From Marsupella aquatica (lineage: Eukaryota > Plantae > Marchantiophyta): 64,000 nucleotides of DNA. The notes under the pieces are model-generated. The model saw only the letters and a list, made by a program, of their open reading frames with translations. It was not told the DNA's origin and ran no database searches. The translations under genes and the position numbers were made by a program. The stretch is from assembly GCA_973895155.1 (NCBI GenBank), contig OZ316891.1:10293875-10357874 (forward strand). The letters are read 5' to 3'. How positions within the stretch are numbered: position 1 is the stretch's first letter; the number at the start of each line of letters is the position of its first letter. Below are positions 11,891-23,272 of the stretch, piece after piece.

Positions 11891-12850
11891 AAAAGATTGC
11901 ATCGACAAACTATCAACTTGCACAGTCCCAGATGAGTATTTTTTCTTCACAGCGACTACCAATTAAGATGCAGTCGGTTGTCGTGTTTCAAGAAAGGCTT
12001 TGTCAAGCCCAGTTCTCTTCCCCCAATTTGGACCAGCATGCATTCCTCCTGCCATTCAAGTAGTAGCAAATATTTTGTCCCACGGTGGCCAGTGCGGCTC
12101 TTAATTGCTCGCTTCACACAATACGGATCTGGGACTGTTCTTCAACGCTCCAGCTTAATAGCATTCATGGGGTATTGTCCAGACTTCTCTATCTTACTTG
12201 CCGAGGCTAGTTCTGGTGGGCAAGGTGGCAAACTGAAGTAGCATCAGTCAGAGATTGGCTTCATCATCATGTGTCTTCTGGGAAGTAGAGGAGTCGAAGT
12301 AGAGGAACCAAGGGGCACTTTACAAGACATCGGGGGGCCGTTCGCTTCCTTTTCTACCAAAGCTGAGCCAGCAGCAGTTTCACATGCTAAAAACAGTATA
12401 CCGGGGCTAATAGAGAATTTAGAAGACTTTTATTGCCCCCGACGTCTTGTAAAGGGAACTCTGGCCAGTGTAGCTAGAATCATTGACTAGAAGACAAACT
12501 TGGGACCCACTCCACCTGAATCTTTGGCTAATGCTGGCTAATCTTTGGCTAATGCTGGTTCCTGTGGGTCCGGATTTATTGAAAACTGCCCATAATAGGA
12601 ATGGACCAAGCGGCCGGATGAAGGGACCTCCAACGGAGGTGGTCTAAAATTCTGGACAAAAAAGAGCTCCACGTCGGCAAAAGTTGGGCCCCACTGAAGT
12701 CCATGTAGGATCGGCAGAATCAATGAGCAAAACTGCCCCCGACGTTTTCTAAAGTGAACTCCAGCACTATCTCCCCAATGGATGGCCCGGATTGGATCTT
12801 GGATGTCAGAAAAGTGAAGGAACTGCCCCCGACGTCTTGTAAAGCCACCC

Positions 12851-13779
12851 TAAGTTGCCCAGCTCTTTGGACGAAAACAAACGCCATCCATTTTGCGATG
12901 TTATCAGAGGAACGTTCGCTCATAACGTAACCAATGATGCAGTGTCAGTTCAGGCTGACCAGCCAGTCCCCCTAAGAGGACTTTCTATTTCGAGGCCACT
13001 TTGACTACCCTACCAGTACAACGTGAAGGAAGTGCGGCCATAGGGTTCGCCGGTGATAAGTTCCCTTTGAACGACGCACCAGGATGGGTGCCCAATAGTT
13101 ACGGGTACCATGGGGATGGGAAGCTCTACCGTGGTTCAACAACGGGCGAACCATTTGGCCCCACTTTCAAACAATTTGACACTGTGGGTGCAGGTATCAA
13201 CGATGCAAACAGTAGCCCACTCATGTCTTATAATTCCTTTGCATCCATAACGAAGAATGTGAGCCATGCAGTTGCTTATTAGGATTTAGTAGGGAGCACT
13301 GATATGCCGACCAATATCAATCCAGCCATGCTAGTTCTCTTGCAAATTGTTAAGCATTCGTGAAACTATGGTCTGATTCAATGCCTCGGTCAGATTTGAG
13401 TAGCCTTGAATTGTGAAATTCTGAAGTCCCAAGATATTCCCATCGTTTTGTGGGAAAGTGAACCTAATGAACCAAGATTACTTATAAATTCCAGTGGTCA
13501 TTCAATATAAAAAAGAATGATGCCTGAAAAGCCATTCCACTTGGAACATTTGGCTCAACCTTCTCACCTGGAGACACTGAGGGTGCAGGTTTGAATCATG
13601 AAACCAAGAAGATGTTTTTCACAAAGAGAGGCAGGATGGTGGGCAGAGCAGATATTGACCCCCATACTCAAGGGCAACTGTATCCTACCATCGGCCTGAT
13701 GGGCCCCGGCACATGCCTTACAGTCAATTTTGGCCAGGACACCAATAAGCCTTTCAAGTTCGATACCGTAGATTGTTGA
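12851..13779 (+). pseudogene. SPRY-domain (RanBP9/10, RanBPM-like) pseudogene with tandem SPRY remnants
   Basis: KLPSSLD..NDAVSVQADQPVP, then a frameshift at ~12970, then FYFEA..AIGF..PGWVPNSYGYHGDGKLY..FGPTF..DTVGAGIN. A second unit reads FGSTFSPGDTEGAGLN..MFFTKRG..LYPTIGL..VNFGQ..PFKFD. In-frame stops lie upstream and between the units. Confidence 0.8.
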
Positions 13780-15224
13780 GATTTTCAGATGATGGAGTTC
13801 ATTGATCCGAGCCACCAAATGTGATCCTTAATAGTGCCCTTGATGTTTCTGTCTTTAGTTTTCAGTATATTTATGGGGAAGAAAGCACACTCAAGATTTG
13901 GAGCACCTTTTGGCAACAGGATTTTGGTTCCAAATACCTACCATTTCGTGTCATGTTTTCAAGAAGGATTGACAAATGGTGTGTGGATTGTGAACATGTG
14001 GATTGCAAACTTGACTATATTTGAAACCCTAAATGTTTTGCTGTTTGCTCGCAAGTTACTGATACCCTGATTGATACAGAGTACATCTTAAGAGGTGTTA
14101 TGGACACTACCCTAGACTCAACCAGAGTGCTGCTGAAAATGCAGTAAATTGAATGCCATAATATGCAGTTGCTGATTCATTCAAACAACAAGTTGAACCT
14201 AAGTAAATGTTCTCTAATTTACAGATGATCACATGTTTCCGTTTTTCCCTCTGCGTGTCTTCCATTCATGTTTGATGCAGGTTTACATGTACTAAGCATC
14301 TTTCCATGTGACTAATCATTTCTTCTTATCAATGACAACATTTACTGTTCCATTAAAGTTGCTTTGGTCTCATGCCTGACCATTGGATTTATGTTATGTT
14401 TTATTCTAGAGTTTGATCACTTAAAAGTCAGTGTCCACCAAAGCAAACAAGGCAATAGGATACACAGGCCATAATAATTATGACGGAACACCTAGCGGGT
14501 ACAAGTTAAACACAACAGAACTTTTTTATTAGCATTACTCAATCATTACATGTTAAAGGCCTATGTAGTCTAAAGGAAATAGACATATCATTATGAATTG
14601 TACTCCACCTGTACAACTAAAATGGATCTGTACAACTGTGAACAATATACTATTGGGGGGGGGGGGGGGGGGCGGCGGGGGGTTGGGTTGGTTGTGGTGT
14701 GATTGCAAAAGGGTTCTTGGAAAGGTGCCAGATTTATTCTTTTTGACCTTGCATTGTTTTCTCTCCTCACGTAAGATTTCACACTCTCATTTATCTCTTT
14801 CCACTCTTCATGTCCCTCAATGTCTTCCACCTTTCTTTAGGCCCACTTCCTATTTACGGATCCCCATAAGAGGTCTCTTGCAAATTCCCTGCCACGAGGT
14901 TGCACCACATCATCACAACCAGCCACAAACAAGAATGATACTACTTTTAACTATAACAAACGTGCACATTCCTGTTTGTGACAAAAGCAACGTTAATTTT
15001 TGGGGCGCCATGCCGTAAATATTCAACGTAAAAAAACCAAAATACAAAGGGAGATATGTCTTTTAGTAAAATAAAGTTACCATTTTGATGTTTGTCAAAG
15101 ATATATCAATGTTTTATATCAAAATGCTTGTATTTTTTAATTGTTTGCAAGCTTGAAAAAACCAACCAATAGAAATGTACATAGTTAAAACCCCTTTGGC
15201 TTCACATTGTAAAACTAAATAATC

Positions 15225-15710
15225 AATCTTCTTAGTACTTGATATAATTTGTCAATGTTTGATTCATTTAAAAAATCAAGATCAAGATTTAGAAACTCGT
15301 GACCTCTTTAGTATTGTCTTGATAAAATCTTTCAATGTCACACTCATTGGAAAGCTAAAATTAAATTAAAAACTCATCATCTCCTTAGTACTTGACAAAA
15401 TCTATCAATGTTAGGTTCATTGGAAAGCTAGAAAAATTCAGATACTCATGATCTCTCTAATTCTTGACGAATAATCTCAATGTCACACATTAGAAAGCTA
15501 GAGAGATTGAAAACCTCATGATCTCTTTAGTATTGTGACAAAATCTGACGTAAAATTTGTCAATGTCGAACTCAATGTTGGAAAGCTAAAAGAATTCATG
15601 GACTCATGATCAAAATTTCTTATACTCACACTCATTGGAAAGGCAAAGAAATTCAAAAACTCATTTGGAACTTGACAATATTTGTCCATCTGAGGCTCAT
15701 TGGAAACCCT
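15225..15710. repeat. Degenerate ~60-70-bp tandem repeat
   Basis: Recurring ctcattggaaagcta..aaactcatgatctc..tagta.ttgacaaaatct.tcaatgt units; a single related unit is at ~37345-37410. Confidence 0.7.
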
Positions 15711-16479
15711 TTCTTGATTAAGAAATATCACAATCTCATCACCGTCACAAATTTAGCCGTTGAAAATTGATTTCTTTGATTACGTCGCCATCCCTTGTCC
15801 ACAGTGCTTGCTTCCTGGGTTGAATTGTTTGCATTCTTCTAGTCTTCAACTGAAGCTCACTCTGAACACAAGTTGACGCCAAATGCAACCTTTATGTCAA
15901 AGAAACAATCGTTGGTCTCCCCCTCACACCATAGCTTTCTTAAATGAATCCTTCATGTGAAGCGATGACTCGTTTGTTTTGTGTGTTCTTCCCACCGAAT
16001 CGACAAGAGCTCTTTTGCCAATAGCTAAGTGTTGTCCTCCAGTCTGTCTTGTGGCGATAATGCTCAATGTAACTCACAAACAATCAATCATGAATGATAG
16101 AAACACGATTTCTGCAATGTGTAAGCAAAAATTATAAAAAAACTCAATTCCTCCATATTCAACCTTTCGTTAATAAATCTCCTCTATCTTTTGAGCTTTT
16201 TCTTGTGCACGAGCACACACCAAGACCATCAGGAGACTCAAAATCGTCAATCACCGCCTTGTTGAAAATTGATTTCACTTCATCAAACACACATTCCTTG
16301 GATGAACATGGGGGTCCACGGATTAATTTCTTGCTTTATGTTGTATTTATCTTACCATTATAACATATATCCTTCCACTTTGTTGCTGGACTCAGTTTAC
16401 AAAAACTAATATAAATTAAGATGAATCATGGCCATTGCATGTCACAAGATTTTTACAAACCATAGAAATTTTAAATTAT

Positions 16480-16735
16480 CTTTTTTGTAACAACATTGCT
16501 TATGCATTGACATCTTTTCCACAATAACATCTTATCTACAAACAATATTTTTTACACAATAACATAGTTGTTGGGGATTTCATGTTTGCCCAAAGCCATT
16601 TTTTACACAACTACATCTTTTGCACAATATCTTTCCCACAAATGACATCTTTAACGTACAGGCTTATTTTGCGCAATAACATTTTTCTGGCATTAGAGAT
16701 ATCTGTAAAGTGACCTAACCATGGTTGAGTTGGGC
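16480..16735. repeat. Subterminal short-repeat array plus terminal motif of a putative DNA-transposon family
   Basis: Array of (g)cacaaNaacatcttt units followed by tagagatatctgtaaagt..aaccatggttgagttggg. The reverse complement of this motif is at 28255-28320, followed by the same array. Confidence 0.45.
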
Positions 16736-17867
16736 TTGATTGGCCCTGAATATAGTCGAGTCATTGGTATTTAACCCCAGTTTGCATGCCGAACGTAATT
16801 AATGATTCCCGAACCTAATCGTGTATAGGAAGATTTCGTACATGGATTTTGTGTATGAAATCTTTCCGTCTCCCGGGTTAACAAATATGCGAACCCCGCC
16901 TCGTTGGGAGAGGACACAAGACAGGTTGTTCGCTCAGGGGCAAAGAAACAGAACTTAGCTTTCAATCATGGCGGGGAAGCAATTGAGATCTCGTTGCATT
17001 CCCGAGTCTGCAAAGGAATTCTATTGGAAGAGCAAGGTTGGGAGGGCCCATCTCCATTTGCAACATTCGCATGCGGAAGGGAGCGCAGTTCAAGAAAAGT
17101 TCCAGGAGTGGGAGTTGTAGAAGTGCTTGTCGTCAGCCAATGAGTTTCTGGAATTCTCTTTGTTGAATCAATCAATGCTATGTTTTCTTCCATTTCGTTC
17201 CTTTCAAATTTTCCCTTCTCAAGCAATTCCTTTCCCTTCAGTTCCATTCCATTCCGTTCTGTTCGAACTTTCCCTTCCCAAGCAATTCCTTTCCTTTCCC
17301 TTCAATTCCATTCCGTGGCTCAAACTCATCTAGAATTGCTTGTCATTCTCTAGTAGGGGATGGGTCTACGAGTCCCTTGATCGAGTTTCACGGACCACCC
17401 ACAAAGCCCACAAACCACTTCCCCTTGGTTCATCAAGGACACGAAGCCTCGCCCGTCTGTCTACGAGCTCAAATTCGCGCAAAGCCGAAGATTAGAAATA
17501 CTTCCACTGGGAAACTGACACCTATTGGGGGATTTCACTTTCAGAGGGAACATAATGCTTCAGGGCGTAGCGAGATCGATTGTGGTGTTGGATTGCTGAT
17601 TAATATCTTCTTTGTCGATCACCCGTCAGCACTTGCCTGTGCTTTTGCTTAGTTGTCGGCGATCAGTAGGACCTTGTTTCTCCATCGTGACCTTCTTAAG
17701 ATTGGCATATAAGGAGGAGGGGGTGTGTCTTGTGAGGTGGTGCTATCTGTTTTCTTCTTCCTTGGTGGACGATCTCTTTTGTTAAATTCTCAGCGAACAA
17801 AGGAGCCTGCTCACTAAATCAGATAGTCGGTCAATGGTAGTGCCAATAGAACACAGACAAGATACTA

Positions 17868-17972
17868 GATTTTGCTTTCGGGATGTGGGACTGCCAACTC
17901 GGGCAACCTGGCTGGGACTAACAAAATCTTTGGCATTGGAAAGGGCCAATTGTCTCTGCTTATCTCAAGTTT
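17868..17972 (+). pseudogene. Fragment of a plant A1 (nepenthesin-like) aspartic protease
   Basis: DFAF, a 1-nt frameshift, then GCGTANSGNLAGTNKIFGIGKGQLSL..SQ. This matches the family motif F.FGCG..N.G...G..GLG.G.LSL.SQ. Confidence 0.55.
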
Positions 17973-18247
17973 GGTTCTCTTGGAGTTTCAATTGGTCTGC
18001 AGCAAACATGAATCTAAGGCATCTGAAGCGGTTGTTTGCAGAGGATCGAGTACTGATGAAGGGAGTTCATGCTTGACAACAAGTTCCAGTGCCACTCAGT
18101 TCTAGCAGCACTGACGCTACATCAAGCAACGAAGAATCCAATGAAGAAGTCGAATTGCTAAGTGACAAGGAGACAAGGAGCATGCAGAACATTGACAACC
18201 ACAAGTCAATGGGCCACAAGCATGCAAAGAAGACCATAGATGAAAAG

Positions 18248-21200
18248 TGTGGTGCGTCCCATGGCTCCCTAAACCCAAGAAACCCCCCCTGCGCAAGCCG
18301 ATTCCCGCAGGTTTCGCGCTTGGCGAGGCCATTTCCGCGGCTTAGCGGCATGGGACGCTGCTAACCTCCTACTACTACTATTAACATTTTACACACATAT
18401 ACTAGACAGATCCTTCATCGGGTCATGAGATACGTAGCCGGCCTAATCTAGGCCTTCCCTTGTCTTCCCCTCCGTCTTGTTAGGTATGTTTGGATTCCGC
18501 CACCGAAATGATCCCCAATAGGCTTGGTTAAGCCGCTAAGACCTCTCTCAGCTCGACACATCCAACTCTCACTCCCCTACTTACTTTCCTTCCTCTATTG
18601 GTTGATGTGGGCACTCTTCACACAAGTTAATGCGACACACAAATAGCAAAATGACTCCTTCTGACTGAGTCATACCATGCACTTGCAATACAAACAGTAC
18701 ATCTCATACACAAGCTCTACGAACTAAGCCGTGAGGCCAACTCTATTCAGCTCTTAGGCATGAGGAAACATGAATATACACAAGGGTCACTGTATGACTA
18801 ACCGAGAGCTTCTCTTACTACTTGATCCCAGCCCGGTTGGTGCAAACTAAAAACTTGCTAAAGAAGAGGCCCTGAGCTCCTCGCTGCCCAGGTACTTATC
18901 TTGGTAGTGGATCCGCCTAATTCTTTGCAGCGTAAGCCTAATCTACCTAACTGGATCTACCTATGTACAGCGAGGCAGGAGTACAAGTGTTGCTCTTACC
19001 AGTGGAACCGCAATCCCACTAAGCTAAGTGTCAGGGCCGCCTCCTGGTCTTGATCCTAATCCTAAACTTAGAGATCTGAGCCCGCCTTGCCCACTCACGC
19101 CTCCTCCCTCCATGTCCGCCCTTCCTAAAAGGAACGGCGCCCTTGCACCATCACGACACCGGTGGTGGATCCTCAATGGATGCCCCCAACGCTTCCTCCG
19201 CAACCACTGCCGTAGGTTCATTTTCTGACAGATTACCTGTCCTTGACTGAGTCAACTCTCCATCGGCCTGACTGGGCCCACCCTCGGCTTTGGCCTCGGC
19301 TCGGAAATCATTCTTGGCTACGGCCTCAGCCTCGGCTACGGCCTCAGCTTCGGCTACGGCCTCCCCGGCCTGCTCAAGAGGTGGATCTGGGATACCGGCC
19401 TCATTACTGAGTAGTTCGGCTTGGGCCGCGCCATCCCCACCTTTGGTGATAGTGGGATCTATTGCCGTGTTCATGCCGGAGGTTGGTACCGGTTTGAGTA
19501 CGGCTTGAGGGGTCGAATAACCTCCGGACCCCGAAGGTTTCCGCTTCTTCTTCTTCACTATCTCTATAGCCGGTTCCTTCCCCTTGCCGCCAACGTCCGG
19601 CATCGGGCCGTGTGTCACGGCTGGTCCTTCGGCAATTACCACCCCGGGTAACTGGTTTGCCCCAACGAGAGATGGACCTGATGCAGCTAAGCATTTAAAT
19701 ACTGCGGCTTGTTTTTTCAGCCGCTCTATTTGGTTGTCGGCCCGCCGCTGTAGGTTCTCCATCTTCGTCGTGATTTCCTCCAACTCCTCTTGGGTCTCAT
19801 CCAGGTCCTTACGTGCCTCCTCCAGCTCGTTTTTGGCTTCCTCCAATTCCCTGTGGGCTTCCTCCAATTCCTTCTTGGTGGTAGCCCTCTCCTCCTGGGT
19901 TGCTCTTAGCTCCTTGTCGAGCTCCGCTACGACCTCAGACTCCATGTTATTCATCTTGGCATAAGTCTGGTCGAGCTAGGCGTCCTTCTCCCGCAGGTCG
20001 GCCTTGAAGCTGGCCGTCAAGGACGCAAGCTCTTGCTGTAGCGCAATAATCCCTTGATAGGATTTCCCTAACTCGGCCTCCTTAGACTGCTCAAGGGCTC
20101 TGCGGATGACCTCGAGCTCTTCCTTCAGCGCCCTCTCCCTTCTCTGAGTCTCCACCGCGACCCGGTTGTTGACTGCTATATGGGCCTCCTCTGCGTCTCT
20201 CAGCTCCTTCTTCCATTTCTCCCTGTCCTTGATTGCGTCGGCCAATTCTCCCTGGGTCTGAGTCAGTTTATCCTTGATAGTCTGATTATCAGCCTGCGCG
20301 GTGTCCAACTGCCCCTGCATGATATTCAGCTCATGCCGCTTAATCCGCAGTTCATCTTGGGCTTTCTTGGCCGCCCTTAGATCTTCAATCTCGGCTTCCA
20401 TCCTCCTAAGCCGCCGGATGACCTCGTCCTTCTTGCTTCTCTCTAAAGCCACCGCTTCTTCTAATTGGTGCTTCTCCAACTGCTCCCTATGGAAAAAGGG
20501 TCCTACCTCCAACTCCTCCCCAAAGATGCCGAGCGCAAGTTCCCCACATATCTCACCATACTCCATGGCTCTATTCTTAGCGTAGGTGGAGTAAGTAGAA
20601 GTGTCGGCATCGCCCAACGCGGCCTCTGCTCCCAAGCCGTCTTGCGGATCTCTTCAATCGTGGCTAGAGGTTTGCTTCCTTGTTCGGCTAGCCGCCTGAT
20701 GTCCTCCGACCAATCTCCTCCTGGCAAATCCTTTTCCCTAGCCAGGGCTGCCTCCTCTGCTTCCCTAAGTCGCTCCTGAAATTCCTGTGCCGTCTGCTTT
20801 ATGCCGTCAAAGCTCGGGGGAGCAACATCTGGTGGGGGAGACTCGGGGCTACTCTGCTGGTTGGGGTCCCCTCAAACTACCCTTGGAAGTGTGGGGATAA
20901 ACCGGCCACAGGTCCTTACTCCTGGAATATGATGGTCCGACCCATAGCCGGAGTTATCATGGTTGCAGTCCTCCACTGCCTCCTCCACCTCTTGGACTTC
21001 CGGCTTCTCCCTCTCCTCTTCGCCGGTAGGAGCTTCAGGCAATTCTGCCTCAGATTCAGAGCTTGAGACTCCCACGTACATTCGAACACCCGGCTTGGAT
21101 TCTGGCCTGATTCTCTCCTTATTTCCGGTAAAGGGGTTTTCCCTTCTAAGTCTGCTTAGGTTGACCTCTGGGGCAGTGTCCTGTATTGGTGCCGCTGCCG

Positions 21201-21645
21201 AACCTAGTGCCAGTGCCGTCTTTTCCTTCTCCAGCATTTTCCATAGATTCTGCATGCTTGGTTGTTGCATCGGCAAGTCTTCCTTCCTTGGCCTAAACAC
21301 CTGCTCAATCGTAGGGCTAACAGGTGGTTGAGGCTTCTCTGCTACCGGCCTCGGTGCTGGAGCTTCCTCGGGTGCCCTTACCTACAGGGGAAGTACTGGG
21401 GCAAAGGTCTGACCTCTGGCATACCGGCACAACAGCGGCATGTGATAGCCAAGCCGCGACACGCTCCCCACGCCGATTACCTGTTGCTCCTCCTTTAAGA
21501 TCTTCTTCAATTGGTTGAGGAGGTACCCGTTGTAGTCCCGGCTTGGGTCTGGCCTCTCTGCCAGATAGACCTGTGCCTTGCCGATCTCTGCCCTCGGCAA
21601 GTTACAATGCATGGTCACCCGCAAGAAGTCGATCATCTCTCCAAC
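18248..21645 (-). mobile_element. Truncated inverted copy of the 5-kb ORF-bearing TG..CA element
   Basis: Begins TGTGGTGCGTCCCATGG, the reverse complement of the element end at 36752. Colinear with ~33030-36752. ORF pieces 19151-19954, 19976-20635, 20872-21300 and 21382-21645 match those at 33030-35849. Homology stops at ~21645. Confidence 0.9.
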
Positions 21646-22162
21646 CAAGTTGGGCCCAAAGATTCTGGCCCAACATTTACTCAACTCCCCAGTTAACTCC
21701 TAAACATGCGGGTAAACATGTCTACCCAAACCCATTTGTTCCACCATAAGGGGACCAACGAAACCAAACTTGCCTTAAGACGATAAATAATTAAATATTT
21801 GATTTACTATATGGACACGTGTGCAAATGAAGTGATGACATGTGTGCCAACCATATAGTGACGCATGTACTTGGCATTTTGGGTACCCTTGCATAAGATT
21901 TATGTCACATGTATTGATAAGAGTCTTATTACTAATATTGTGGTGAATGTATATAGAGGGATGTTGCCTACTTTAAAAACTATTATAAAAATTAGTTTGC
22001 ATTACATTAAAAATACCCTTGCGCTGTTCGCACGTCCTCCCTGTATTAGTAACACTAAGGGCCCAGGGGGTGCAATATGAACCTGAAGGTGCACACAACT
22101 TGGAATACGGGTTTTGGCCTTTATCAATATGGAGAGAGCACGTTCCACCAGAATATTGAAAT

Positions 22163-22654
22163 GTGGCATGTGAGTTGGAGGCAACAGTGGATTATGTGGG
22201 ACCAGCAAAAGATAAACCTCCTGAGAGTTTTAACCCTAGGGTTGATGTTGTGAAGGGCTGTTATGTGTTGGTACGGCCGGACGTCTCAGACCTGGATGTT
22301 TATCCCGTCCATATGGGGTTAGTTGTTACAGATGTGGTAGAAGGACCAGTGAATGAACAAAACCTTCTTACTCATGTATGTGGCGTTGAGTGGTTTAGAC
22401 CATTTATGGCAAAGAAGCAACGTGGTCAATCAGACTGGCAACCAAGAGAGCGGTGGGCAGATTCTTGGGATAAGAAATGGGAACGTGATCCAACTCCAAT
22501 ATACAAGGAAGCTGAGACAATAGATGTTTCCTCTGCCTTGTGGTGTTTCAAAGCACGCAAAGGACCAGTGACAGGGCTGGTAGGAATTCCAAAGAATGTT
22601 GCTGTCAAGGCAAGAGACTATCTCTTGACATGCATAGCAAGTGACAAATCCTAG
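22163..22654 (+). CDS. Orphan 163-aa ORF, probably the C-terminal beta-domain of a bryophyte DNA-transposon protein (fragment)
   Basis: Protein-like composition (YVGP..KPPESFNP..DV.KG.YVLVRP...PV.MG....V....VEWFRP...W.DSWDKKW) but no ATG start. Resembles the C-terminal region of DUF7869-type putative transposases as recalled; unverified. Confidence 0.4.
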   Translation: MACELEATVDYVGPAKDKPPESFNPRVDVVKGCYVLVRPDVSDLDVYPVHMGLVVTDVVEGPVNEQNLLTHVCGVEWFRPFMAKKQRGQSDWQPRERWADSWDKKWERDPTPIYKEAETIDVSSALWCFKARKGPVTGLVGIPKNVAVKARDYLLTCIASDKS

Positions 22655-22754
22655 ACAATAATGAAGCATGTAGTTTAGCATACAGTTTAAAAGGCAACTC
22701 AGAATAGTAGTAGCCAGAGAACTCAAGTTTAGACAAGTCTTATCGTCTAAGTTA

Positions 22755-23272
22755 GTTAGTTGGTTAGTTTATTTAAGATATAATATTAGTTAGTGGGGCC
22801 TTAGTTTGGTGATATTAAGGCATGATATTATTGACATTCAAATGAATGTTCAGTAGACATTGTAATATACAACAATCCTATTAATAAATAATCATTATAG
22901 TTACACCTTCAAGTCAACTTTCAATGATTTCTGATTTTATATGGTTCCATGCCTGATTGAGTCAAAGCAATAGAAACTAACTAATTAAAGGGTGATACTA
23001 TGATTGTAGGTCACGCACCCTGGTGCGTGTCAATCTTTTTTTGTATTCAACCCTATAGTAATTAAATAGACAAGTTAGTTAGTTGGTTAGTTTATTTAAG
23101 ATATAATATTAGTTAGACAGTGGGGCCTTAGTTTGGTGATATTAAGGCATGATATTATTGACATTCAAATGAATGTCCAGTAGACATTGTAATATACAAC
23201 AATCCTATTAATTGTTGTAAAGGGTGGTCAATCTTTTTTGTATTCAACCCTATAGTAATTAAATAGACAATT
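22755..23272. repeat. Local interleaved direct duplications (~140 bp and ~45 bp)
   Basis: aagttagttagttggttag...caacaatcctattaat occurs at ~22749 and ~23073; tcaatcttttttgtattcaaccctatagtaattaaatagacaa occurs at ~23030 and ~23228. Confidence 0.8.

Noticed and set aside
14655-14682. Poly-G tract as a G-quadruplex regulatory element
   Set aside because: A homopolymer inside repeat-derived DNA (another is at ~28785); no evidence of function.
15225-15710. CRISPR-like repeat array
   Set aside because: Units are degenerate along their whole length with no unique spacers, there are no cas genes and the context is eukaryotic. The same applies to 52633-52815.
17975-18247. Harbinger ORF1/NAM-associated C-terminal remnant (KHESK..KSMGHKHAKK)
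   Set aside because: Only short, low-complexity similarity; cannot be supported without a search.
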